Assembly (NCBI GenBank): GCA_022646745.1
Contig: CP060262.1
Location: forward strand, 120,001 to 152,000
DNA from: Planctomycetales bacterium
GTDB taxonomy: Bacteria > 4484-113 > JAFGCY01
Reading direction: 5' to 3'
DNA length: 32,000 nt
The translations under genes and the position numbers were made by a program. Within the stretch, counting starts at the first letter, position 1, and each line of letters begins with the position of its first letter. Under the pieces are notes generated by a model. That model was not told the DNA's origin and did not search any database. It was given only the letters and a program-made list of their open reading frames with translations. Shown here piece by piece: positions 15,228 to 22,901 of the stretch.

Positions 15228-15638
15228 CTACGGAGTAACCGCCGTTGCCAGTTGCAGCATCGAGCTGGCCTGGCGCAGCTGGTAAGCCTGCTCATCCTGT
15301 TCCACGGTGCGCAGCATGCGCAGTGTGCCCAGCAGTGACCTGATCTCCGCCGGCTTCATCACCGTGGCCAGCATCTCGCTGGTGCGCTGCCTGAGCAGCG
15401 CGAACAGCATCTGCAGGCTGAACAGGCGGCCAATGCGCAGCAGGCCGCGGATGTGCTCCCGGCGCTCGGGGTTCTCCTTCAGCAGCTTCTCGGCCTCGGC
15501 ACGCTGCATGCCGCCCTTCGCCAGCCATTCGTCATCGATGCCGCCATTGGCCTCGATGCTGTACACCAGCAGCCACTCCAGCGGCTTGCGGCTTTCCAGG
15601 TCATCCCAGTTGAGCGGACCTTCCTTTACGACTTGCAT
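15228..15638 (-). CDS. Hypothetical protein (136 aa)
   Basis: ORF with AGGAGAG 5 nt upstream and TAATAT further upstream on the minus strand. The composition is protein-like. I recognise no family. Confidence 0.6.
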   Translation of the reverse strand: MQVVKEGPLNWDDLESRKPLEWLLVYSIEANGGIDDEWLAKGGMQRAEAEKLLKENPERREHIRGLLRIGRLFSLQMLFALLRQRTSEMLATVMKPAEIRSLLGTLRMLRTVEQDEQAYQLRQASSMLQLATAVTP

Positions 15639-15728
15639 GAATCTCTCCTGTGATATTACGATACAAATGTGTACCTGAGTCTGTATGCAGTGTCAAGGAA
15701 TGTGAATGTTAATTTATCAATCAGGCAA

Positions 15729-15837
15729 CAGAAACAGATTGAGAATCAGGAGATTGTGGGAGTTGCGATCGCTCTAATACTAGGCGCGCCTGTACTTCCT
15801 CTTCCTGGTTCTAAACCTGTTTCTCATTCTGCTTCTG
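15729..15837. repeat. 21-nt imperfect inverted repeat (CAGAAACAGATTGAGAATCAG / CTGTTTCTCATTCTGCTTCTG), 67-nt spacer
   Basis: 18 of 21 positions are complementary. It lies in the divergent promoter region between 15228..15638(-) and 15999..17882(+). Confidence 0.7.
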
Positions 15838-15998
15838 CTTCTGACTCTTCCCCTAACACCCGTTAAGCCCAATCCCACACAGGATTCGCAAAATGCACAT
15901 ACTTATTAAGAATGCATCCCCGCCGGCGATTATTCTCTTACCGGTCGGCGTGGCGATTCCTTCGCTGCGCAAGGGGTAAAGGACCGGACAGAGAGGTT

Positions 15999-17882
15999 AT
16001 GGGATTGATTCGGACTGCAATTCTGGCCTGCCTGCTGTTCATGCTCGGCACCGTTGCCGCTCATGCCAAGGCTGAGGGCCCGTTCTACATCCATGGTACG
16101 GAAGTCAACCTCAGGGAGGAGCCCTGGGGCGAGATCATCCACATCTTCGACGTCAACGAGAAGATCTTCGTCGTCAAGACCGAAGGCCAGTGGAGCTACG
16201 TCAGCGCACCGGTGCTCGAGCTCAAGGGCTGGGTCTGGAACGAGTACATCGGCGATGGCCGCCTTAAGCTTGATGAGAACCAGCAGCAGGCCGGCGACGC
16301 CACTCCTCCCGTTCCCGTGGTCCAGGCGAAGCTGTCCAGCGCTGGCGTGCAGGACACGGTGATCACCAGTGCCGAACCGCTTGCCGTAGCGGACGGGATA
16401 GTCCCTGCACAGGAAAGCCCGGCAGTGGTCAAGGATGCCGTGGCCGGCGGCAATGACAAGTCGGCCAGCGGCTTCATCCCGGATGAGGATCCGGTGAGCG
16501 GCTTCGAGGCGCATGTGCCCCCGCCGGGTGTGCAGATCACCAGCGGCCCTGAAATCAACATCGACAGTTCTGCGATGCAGAAGCCCGTCCCGGCTCCGGC
16601 CCCAACGCCGGCACCGGCCCAGCTCACTCCGAGCCCCGGCGAGCAGGACAGCGGCCTGCTGATCACCCAGGAACAGCGCTTCCGTCCGGCGGCCGACCTG
16701 CCGAGCACGACCGACATGAAGAGCGGTTTCTACCAGCCCTACGAGAAGAAGCAGCATGTGGCACCCGACCAGCTGCGTGGAGTGGCATTCCTGCCGGTCG
16801 GTGGCTATGACATCGGCCTGGCCAGCGGCACCCGCGTCAATGTGCGCGAGGAGCCGACGACTGACGGCAAGATCCTCGGCAAGGTCAACAAGCGCGACAA
16901 GCTGTTCCTGATCCACGAGGAGGATGGCTGGTATTTCGTCAGCATCCCGGACCAGGAGCTGAAGGGCTGGGTCTCGAAGGAATTCATCCTCGAGCTGCCC
17001 CGCGTGGAGATCACCGGTGACAACGTGCGCCTGCGCGAGGACCCGAACATGAAGGCCCGCATCAAGAAGGAAGTTGACAGCGGCAGCGTGTTCTACCAGT
17101 TCGACACCAAGCATGACTGGATCGAGGTCGCCGACAGCGTCAGCGGCCTGCGCGGCTGGGTGCATGAGGACTACATCAAGCCGACCCAGCTCAAGCCGAG
17201 CCGTCCCTACAAGGTCAAGGGTGATGCGGTGAACTTCCGCACCTCCCCCTCGCTGGATGGCAGCGTTATCACGAGCTTTGACAGCGGCACCGACGTGCAG
17301 GTGCTGGGCCGCACCACCGACTGGACCTACGCCAAGCAGGGCCAGCAGTACGGCTGGATCTTCTCAGAGCTGCTGCAGCCGGCGGCCTGGGGCAGTGAGG
17401 GCACGCTGAAGATCAGTGACCCGAAGAAGGCCCCGAGCCTGCCCAGCCGCGAATATGCAACGGCCTCCAGCCCGGTCGGCCGCCAGCTGATCGAGCGCGC
17501 GATCGCGATGGCCGGCGTGCCCTACGTCTGGGGCGGCAGCTCCGACAGCGGCGTGGACTGCAGCGGGCTGATCTACAAGATTCTCTGCAGCGACATGAAG
17601 TGCGGCACCTCCGGGATGCCGCGCCGCGCCAGCGAGCAGTTCGCGGAACTGGGATATGCGGTGGACTATGACGACCTCGAGCCGGGCGACCTGGTGTTCT
17701 TCACCACCTACAAGGCCGGCGCCAGCCACGTCGGGATCTACCTCGGCGAGGGCGACTTCATCCACGCCTCCAGCGTGCAGCACCAGGTCGGCTACTCCAA
17801 CATGGAGGACGGCTACTACAAGCGCAACTTCGTCGGCGGCCGCCGCCTGAGCGAAGCCCAGCTCCAGGCGCTGCAGGACTAG
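15999..17882 (+). CDS. SH3b x4 + NlpC/P60 peptidoglycan endopeptidase
   Basis: ORF 15912..17882. The start is at ATG 15999 (GAGAGG upstream), giving the signal peptide MGLIRTAILACLLFMLGTVAAHA. There are four repeats of type G..VN.RE.P.....G.....W..V......GWV...I. The C-terminus reads GVPYVWGGSSDSGVDCSGLIYK...GDLVFF...SHVGIYLGEGDFIHAS. Confidence 0.9.
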   Translation: MGLIRTAILACLLFMLGTVAAHAKAEGPFYIHGTEVNLREEPWGEIIHIFDVNEKIFVVKTEGQWSYVSAPVLELKGWVWNEYIGDGRLKLDENQQQAGDATPPVPVVQAKLSSAGVQDTVITSAEPLAVADGIVPAQESPAVVKDAVAGGNDKSASGFIPDEDPVSGFEAHVPPPGVQITSGPEINIDSSAMQKPVPAPAPTPAPAQLTPSPGEQDSGLLITQEQRFRPAADLPSTTDMKSGFYQPYEKKQHVAPDQLRGVAFLPVGGYDIGLASGTRVNVREEPTTDGKILGKVNKRDKLFLIHEEDGWYFVSIPDQELKGWVSKEFILELPRVEITGDNVRLREDPNMKARIKKEVDSGSVFYQFDTKHDWIEVADSVSGLRGWVHEDYIKPTQLKPSRPYKVKGDAVNFRTSPSLDGSVITSFDSGTDVQVLGRTTDWTYAKQGQQYGWIFSELLQPAAWGSEGTLKISDPKKAPSLPSREYATASSPVGRQLIERAIAMAGVPYVWGGSSDSGVDCSGLIYKILCSDMKCGTSGMPRRASEQFAELGYAVDYDDLEPGDLVFFTTYKAGASHVGIYLGEGDFIHASSVQHQVGYSNMEDGYYKRNFVGGRRLSEAQLQALQD

Positions 17883-17897
17883 GCCGCGGGCCTGCGG

Positions 17898-17903
17898 TAG
17901 ACT
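17898..17903 (+). promoter_or_regulatory. -10 hexamer TAGACT exactly 6 nt before ATG 17910 (leaderless arrangement)
   Basis: TAGACT-cgatac-ATG, with no SD. Confidence 0.35.
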
Positions 17904-17909
17904 CGATAC

Positions 17910-18596
17910 ATGTCAAAGAGCATCATCGCCATGCTCGTGATGCTGGTCGTGCTAGTCGCCGCACTGCTGATCCCGATCATGCAGATGACGAGGTGGGATC
18001 CCAAGCTGAAGCAGGGCGTTGCCAGGCAGGCTGGCCAGGAGCAGGCCGGGGCCGCGATCAGCACCGAGCCGAGCGGGGATCCGCAGTCGGTGGCAACGCT
18101 GGAGACGGCTGACCAGCTGCGCCAGGAATTCAACGCTGACAACGGCCGGCTGCGCATGCTGGCGATCCTCTCCCCGACCACCCAGAGCAGCCGCGAGGCG
18201 GCCAGCCTGATTGAGCAGGTCGTGCTGGAGGAGCACCCGGACCTCGACCTGACGGTCTACGTGCTGTGGATCACCCAGACCAGCAAGGATGACTACGAGG
18301 CTGCGCGCGAGGCCAGTGCCCTGCTGACCGACGGCCGTGCGCGGCACTACTTCAGTTCGGATGCGGCGGCGTCCTACGTTGCCGATGCGATGGGTTACCC
18401 CGGGGACAAGGCCTGGAACTGCATCATGCTGTTCGGCGAGGACAAGGTGTGGGACCCGGAACTGCCCCAGCCGCAGCGCATCCTGCACCAGCTCGGGCCG
18501 CAGCACTGGCTGGGCTCGCAGAACTATGCGACGGGCAACGACCTGCGCAACGGGCTGGCGGCAATGGCGAGTGAACTGGGCGGCTGGCAGTTTTGA
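17910..18596 (+). CDS. Membrane-anchored hypothetical protein (228 aa)
   Basis: ORF with an N-terminal TM helix (IIAMLVMLVVLVAALLIPI). TAGACT lies 6 nt before the ATG and there is no SD. It lies 27 nt after the upstream stop. I recognise no family. Confidence 0.7.
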   Translation: MSKSIIAMLVMLVVLVAALLIPIMQMTRWDPKLKQGVARQAGQEQAGAAISTEPSGDPQSVATLETADQLRQEFNADNGRLRMLAILSPTTQSSREAASLIEQVVLEEHPDLDLTVYVLWITQTSKDDYEAAREASALLTDGRARHYFSSDAAASYVADAMGYPGDKAWNCIMLFGEDKVWDPELPQPQRILHQLGPQHWLGSQNYATGNDLRNGLAAMASELGGWQF

Positions 18597-18683
18597 GAGA
18601 GCAGGCAGCAGAGAGTAGGAAGCAGAGAGCAGAAAGCAGGAGCAGCCCGATTGTCACGAAGCTGGACCAACTACTTTGATGAC

Positions 18684-18730
18684 GTAGGGATGGGGTAATA
18701 CCCCATCCCGGTGGCGGTATTACCGCCACC
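18684..18730. repeat. Twin perfect hairpins GTAGGGATGGGGTAATACCCCATCCC + GGTGGCGGTATTACCGCCACC
   Basis: It lies between convergent genes. Homologous copies are at 24890-24947 and 27131-27165 (first hairpin only). Confidence 0.85.
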
Positions 18731-18794
18731 TTGCTTCATTCCCTCCCCTCGCTGTCTCCACTATCCAAACTATTTGGACTATCCAAACTACACA

Positions 18795-18821
18795 TGTTGT
18801 CAGACTCTCGTCTGACCTCCG
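18795..18821. repeat. 27-nt repeat TGTTGTCAGACTCTCGTCTGACCTCCG (copy 2)
   Basis: Identical to 10625-10651. It lies 3' of the minus-strand gene ending at 18892. Confidence 0.85.
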
Positions 18822-18891
18822 AAATGGAAACGGCATCCGGACCTGCCGGATGCCGCGATATGCTCGCAGGTTGCATTGGAGCCCATTTGGC

Positions 18892-19800
18892 TCAGTCGTC
18901 GTCTTCCTCCTCGCCCTCATCATCATCGCCGCCGGAGCCATGTTCCCCGTCGTCGTCTCCCATCGAGTCGTCATCGCCGTCGTCATCATCGCCGCCGATG
19001 CCGTCATCATCACCATCGTCGTCACTGCCACCGGTGCCTGTCCCGGGGTTGCTGCCACCACCTGCCGATGCACGGTTCAGCCAGGCTGTCAGGTCAGCCA
19101 GTTCCTGCTGCGAGAGCTGGATGCTGCGCATCGCGCCTACGTTGGCAATCGCGGACTCAAGGGTCCCGAAGCTGCGGGCTCCCATGCTGCCGTGGCAGCT
19201 GCTGCAGTTGTTGCTGAAAACCTGTTCGCCGGCGCTGATGCTGCCGCTCAGCCCGGTGGGGATGCCAAAGCCCGTCAGGCTGTCACCTGTCGCCGGGTCA
19301 GGGTTCGTGCCCGGATCCGGCTGGCTGGGCGGCGGGTCCGTCGCCGGCGGATCAGTTACCGGCGGATTGCCCGTGCCGGGGTCCGTGGCTGGCGGGATGC
19401 TGGCCCGGTTCAGGTAGGCGGTGATGTCCGCCACCTGCTGCTGGCTGAGGCTTAAGCCCTTCATCGAGCCGACGGCCACCAGCGCGGTGTTGATCTGCCC
19501 GAAGTTGCGGGCACCCATGTTGCCGTGGCAGCCGCTGCAGTTGGAGTTGAACAGCGACTCACCGGTGGCGACGGTGCCCTCCATCCCGGCCGGGATGCCG
19601 AAGGCTGATGTGACACCGTTGCGGGTGCTGCTGTTGTCCTGCGGCAGCGGGTTGCTGCCGGCGGACGGGTCGGGGCTGGTGTTATCGTCCCCCATGGCGG
19701 AGACGAGCCCACCGGCGCAGGCGGTACAGAGTAGCAGGGCGGCCAGCACCAGGATACTTGCCACGAAGGAACGGCCTTTGCGGGACCGCAAATCATACAT
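18892..19800 (-). CDS. Di-haem c-type cytochrome lipoprotein with poly-acidic C-terminal tail
   Basis: 302-aa ORF with AAGGAGG upstream. It has a signal peptide plus Cys (LAALLLCTAC). There are two duplicated modules, each with a CxxCH (CSGCH, CSSCH) and a distal Met (GSMKG / GAMRS). Pro/Thr/Asp linkers separate them. The tail reads GGSDDDGDDDGIGGDDDDGDDDSMGDDDGEHGSGGDDDEGEEEDDD. Confidence 0.85.
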   Translation of the reverse strand: MYDLRSRKGRSFVASILVLAALLLCTACAGGLVSAMGDDNTSPDPSAGSNPLPQDNSSTRNGVTSAFGIPAGMEGTVATGESLFNSNCSGCHGNMGARNFGQINTALVAVGSMKGLSLSQQQVADITAYLNRASIPPATDPGTGNPPVTDPPATDPPPSQPDPGTNPDPATGDSLTGFGIPTGLSGSISAGEQVFSNNCSSCHGSMGARSFGTLESAIANVGAMRSIQLSQQELADLTAWLNRASAGGGSNPGTGTGGSDDDGDDDGIGGDDDDGDDDSMGDDDGEHGSGGDDDEGEEEDDD

Positions 19801-19926
19801 AGACGACCTCCTTTGTATGAGTAATTGCAGCTTAACCCGCAGGAAGGGCTCTCATTGGTGACACTTAATGAGAATTTTACCGGGGACACTGACCTGCCCG
19901 GGCTTCCGGGGCAGCCGAGGTGGACG

Positions 19927-19932
19927 TAGAAT
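19927..19932 (+). promoter_or_regulatory. -10 hexamer TAGAAT exactly 6 nt before ATG 19939 (leaderless arrangement)
   Basis: TAGAAT-agggcc-ATG, with no correctly spaced SD. Confidence 0.4.
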
Positions 19933-19938
19933 AGGGCC

Positions 19939-21666
19939 ATGTCCAGCCTGTCGCCGGCCATGCTCCTGCAGGGCACTGCCCCCGCCCCGGCGATCGACTG
20001 GCTGCTGCTGGCGATGCTGCTGCTTGGCGGGCTGGCGCTGTTCCTGTTCGGGCTGGAGCACATGAGCCAGAGCCTGCGCAGTGCGGCGGGGGAGCGGCTG
20101 AAGGATGTGCTGAAGCGCCTGACCGAGCATCGATTCAGCGGGCTCCTGACCGGCTTCTTCGTGACCGCGCTGACCCAGAGCTCATCGGTCACAACGGTGA
20201 TGCTCGTCGGCTTTGTCGGCGCCGGGCTGATGAAGCTCTCGCAGACCGTGGCGGTGATCATGGGCAGCAATGTCGGCACCACCATGACGGCGCAGATCAT
20301 CGCATTCAAGGTCTCGCACTATGCGTTGCTGCTGGTTGCGATCGGCTACCTCAGTTCGCTGGCAATCCGCCGCCGGGAGCCGAAGCTGTGGTTCTCGGCA
20401 CTGGCCGGGCTCGGGCTGATTTTCTACGGGATGGAGCTGATGAGCACGGCGATGCAGCCGCTGCGCAGCCACCAGCCCTTCATCGAGATGATGCTGTCGC
20501 TGGAGCATCCGCTGGCCGGGCTCGCCGTCGGCTTCCTGTTCACCGCGCTGGTGCAGAGCAGCTCGGCCACCATCGCACTCCTGATCGCGCTCGGCAGCCA
20601 GGGCCTCGTCTCCCTGCCGGCGGCGATCGCGATCGCCTTCGGGGCCGAAGTCGGCACCTGCATCACCGCGCTGTTGGCCGGGCTTGGCAACAGCACCGAG
20701 GCCCGTCGCGTGGCGGTGGTGCACATCCTGTTCAACCTGCTGACGGTGCTTGCGAGCCTGCCCTTCATCGGCGCGCTCAGCCGGCTGGCGATGCTGATCA
20801 GCCCGCTGCCGGTCGGCCCTTCCCCATTGGATGCGCTGGCCACGGTGCTGCCGCGCCAGATTGCCAACTCGCTGACCTTCTTCAACCTGTTCTGGGCGCT
20901 GGCCCTGCTGCCGGCGACCGGGGTGTTCGCCGCCATGGCCCGCCGCATCATCCGCGAGCCGGCCCAGGCGCCGGACCCGGATGCCCCGCAATTCCTCACG
21001 GCGCAGCTCTTGGCAACGCCGCCCGCCGCGCTTGAGATGGTGCGCCGCGAACTGTCCCGCCAGGCACAGCAGGTGGTGGCGATGCTGGTGGACAGCCGGG
21101 AGCTGGTGCTCAATGCTGACAACGAGGGTCTGGCCAGCCTGCGCGCGCGGGACCGACAGGCCGACCGGCTGCACGACGCGATCGTGGAGTACCTTGGACG
21201 GATCAGCCTGTCAACGCTGAGCGAGTCCGACAGCCACGACTTCCTCGCACTGATGCGCTGTGGCAACGCCCTGTGGCATATCTCCAACCTGGTCGGCGAC
21301 CAGCTGGTGCACCTTGGCAGCGAGCGCATCAGGGACGGGCTGCTGCTGGATGAACCGGTGCGGGAGACCATCGGGCATGTGCATGCCAGCGTGCTTGAGG
21401 CCTGCCGGCTGGCACAGCGGGCACTGGCGGATGGCGACCTGCAGGCCGCACGTGACTGCCGGGCGATGAAGCATTCGATCAGTGCGATGATGGCGGATGC
21501 GCGGCTCGGTGAGGCGGCACGCCTGCGCGGCAGCAGCGCGGAGGCGATGAATGTCTACGGCTTCGAGATGGGCGTGCTGGAATGCTACAAGCGGACCTAC
21601 TACTACGCCGCACGAATAGCCAAGACGCTTTTGCACGTCGATGGCGACGGCGAGGACGACGACTGA
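19939..21666 (+). CDS. Na+/phosphate cotransporter family protein with PhoU-like C-terminal domain
   Basis: 575-aa ORF. It has the typical duplicated QSSS motif (LTQSSSVTTVMLVGF and LVQSSSATIALLIAL) and a helical C-terminal half. TAGAAT lies 6 nt before the ATG. Confidence 0.9.
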   Translation: MSSLSPAMLLQGTAPAPAIDWLLLAMLLLGGLALFLFGLEHMSQSLRSAAGERLKDVLKRLTEHRFSGLLTGFFVTALTQSSSVTTVMLVGFVGAGLMKLSQTVAVIMGSNVGTTMTAQIIAFKVSHYALLLVAIGYLSSLAIRRREPKLWFSALAGLGLIFYGMELMSTAMQPLRSHQPFIEMMLSLEHPLAGLAVGFLFTALVQSSSATIALLIALGSQGLVSLPAAIAIAFGAEVGTCITALLAGLGNSTEARRVAVVHILFNLLTVLASLPFIGALSRLAMLISPLPVGPSPLDALATVLPRQIANSLTFFNLFWALALLPATGVFAAMARRIIREPAQAPDPDAPQFLTAQLLATPPAALEMVRRELSRQAQQVVAMLVDSRELVLNADNEGLASLRARDRQADRLHDAIVEYLGRISLSTLSESDSHDFLALMRCGNALWHISNLVGDQLVHLGSERIRDGLLLDEPVRETIGHVHASVLEACRLAQRALADGDLQAARDCRAMKHSISAMMADARLGEAARLRGSSAEAMNVYGFEMGVLECYKRTYYYAARIAKTLLHVDGDGEDDD

Positions 21667-21680
21667 GGAGACAGGAGCTT

Positions 21681-21842
21681 GGTTGTCGGGGGTAGCAGGC
21701 GAGGAGCTGGGACTTAGGTTGTCGGGCGTAGCACGCGAGGCGCTGGGATATAGGTTGTCGGTTGTAGCAAACGAGGTGCTGGGACAACGGTTGCCGGTTG
21801 TAGCAAACGAGGAGCGGGGACTTAGGTTGTAGGGCGTAGGAG
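21681..21842. repeat. Tandem repeat, 36-nt unit x4.5 (GGTTGTCGGNNGTAGCANNCGAGGNGCTGGGANNTA)
   Basis: Units start at 21681, 21717, 21753, 21789 and 21825 (the last partial). It begins 15 nt after the Na/Pi transporter stop. Confidence 0.9.
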
Positions 21843-21954
21843 TATTCAGGGATCCGGTTTGAAGGCATGTGTCACGCAATGCGTGACCTAAATCAATTTG
21901 GTAATGCGACGCGTCATGATTTGCCTTACGCCAGAATTCTGTTCCATTCTGCTA

Positions 21955-22028
21955 CACCCGAGCTCCTAGTTCCCAGATACCAGCACGCTACAACTTACAA
22001 CCCAGATCCTCCAACCTCGTTAGCCCTC
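21955..22028. repeat. Inverted, degenerate copies of the 36-nt-unit words
   Basis: The reverse complement reads ...ggttggaggatctgggttgtaagttgtagcgtgctggtatctgggaactaggagctcgggtgtag. These are the same GGTTGTAG / GCTGGGA words as 21681-21842. It abuts the stop of the peroxiredoxin gene. Confidence 0.6.
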
Positions 22029-22511
22029 CTAGCCCACTATCTGCTTCACAGCATCGTAAGCCTCGGACACATGGTCCGCCACGTTGCCACGTCCCTCGTA
22101 GTAGTAGATATGGCGGATCACTCCCTTGCCATCGATCACGAAGGTGATGCGCTTCATCTCCTTGCCGGTCGGGGCCGGGGTGCCGAGCTTGAGCCGGTAC
22201 TCCCAGTCATTGTCAACGAGCAGGCCGAAGGGCAGGCCGAGCTTGGCCGCGAATCCCTGGTGTGACTTGACTGAATCCTTTGAAACGCCGAAGACCTCGG
22301 CGCCCAGCCTGGTGAACTCGCTGTAGAGCTCACCGAAGGCTGAAGCTTCAGTCGTTCAACCCGGGGTGTTGTCCTTCGGGTAGAAGAACAGCACGAAGGG
22401 CTTGCCCTTCAGGTCCTTCAGGCTGACCGTGCCGCCGCGATGGTCCTCCATCGTGAAGTCCGGTGCCTTCTTGCCGACGCTCAGGCCGTCTCCGCCAAAT
22501 GTCTCTGCCAT
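22029..22511 (-). CDS. bcp: Bcp/PrxQ-type peroxiredoxin with in-frame TGA (candidate selenocysteine) at the peroxidatic Cys position
   Basis: ATG 22509-22511 with GGAAGGG upstream. The product reads KAPDFTMEDHRGGTVSLKDLKGKPFVLFFYPKDNTPG-[TGA 22356-22358]-TTEASAFGELYSEF...FVIDGKGVIRHIYY to TAG 22029-22031, all in one frame (hand-translated). That gives 160 codons, the normal Bcp length. Confidence 0.75.
22328..22346 (-). other. Candidate SECIS-like hairpin downstream of the in-frame UGA
   Basis: Minus-strand RNA GCUUCAGCCUUCGGUGAGC starts 9 nt after the UGA. It forms an imperfect GC-rich stem (GCU-C-GCC / GGU-G-AGC with bulges) and a small apical loop. It was folded by hand only. Confidence 0.3.
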
Positions 22512-22901
22512 GTATCCCTTCCTGGAAAGTGATCGGCATATTCTAGGACATGGGAACTTGTCAACGAAGCAGGCGTGATGCCATGTCTGCAGGTTCAATT
22601 GAAAGTCTCTGCGTCTCCGTTTTCGCTCAGCGCCTCAGCGCCAAGAAAACCAGACGGGCGAGCACGCTCTGTTTCGAGCGCTTGCGAGTCATCTTGCTTC
22701 GCTTACGCTCGACAGGCATGGTGGCCATTGAAACGGTTCTTTTGGCGCAGAGGCGCAGAGAATAAATGAGGCGCAGAGAATGTCGTAAACATTTCCCCGC
22801 ACATTTCATTGCCAGGCATGCCGGCTTGCATGTTGCATCACAAAGCATGCCCTCTTCGTGCCTTCGAGGTGAAAACTTGTCCGGATATTTCCCGACTTCC
22901 G

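Noticed and set aside
15930-17165. Long antisense ORFs: 15930..17165(-) 411 aa, 20182..21174(-) 330 aa, 20424..21371(-) 315 aa, 13569..14348(-) 259 aa, 27255..28187(+) 310 aa, 767..1402(-) 211 aa, 6630..7448(-) 272 aa
   Set aside because: All lie opposite, or overlap, genes with clear family signatures. They have Arg/Ala/Gly/His-rich compositions and no SD. Long stop-free antisense frames are expected at this GC content.
21681-22265. Type III toxin-antitoxin locus: 36-nt repeat array followed by ORF 21867..22265(+)
   Set aside because: The 132-aa plus-strand ORF is the antisense shadow of the peroxiredoxin gene, has no SD, and has no resemblance to ToxN-type endoribonucleases. No other candidate toxin is adjacent.
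22356-22358. The TGA in the peroxiredoxin as evidence for an alternative genetic code (TGA = Trp or Gly), or as a simple pseudogene
   Set aside because: TGA terminates many well-supported genes in this window at family-typical lengths, so the code is standard. The pseudogene reading is not formally excluded. It is disfavoured because the stop falls exactly on the catalytic Cys codon and the remaining 108 codons are intact.
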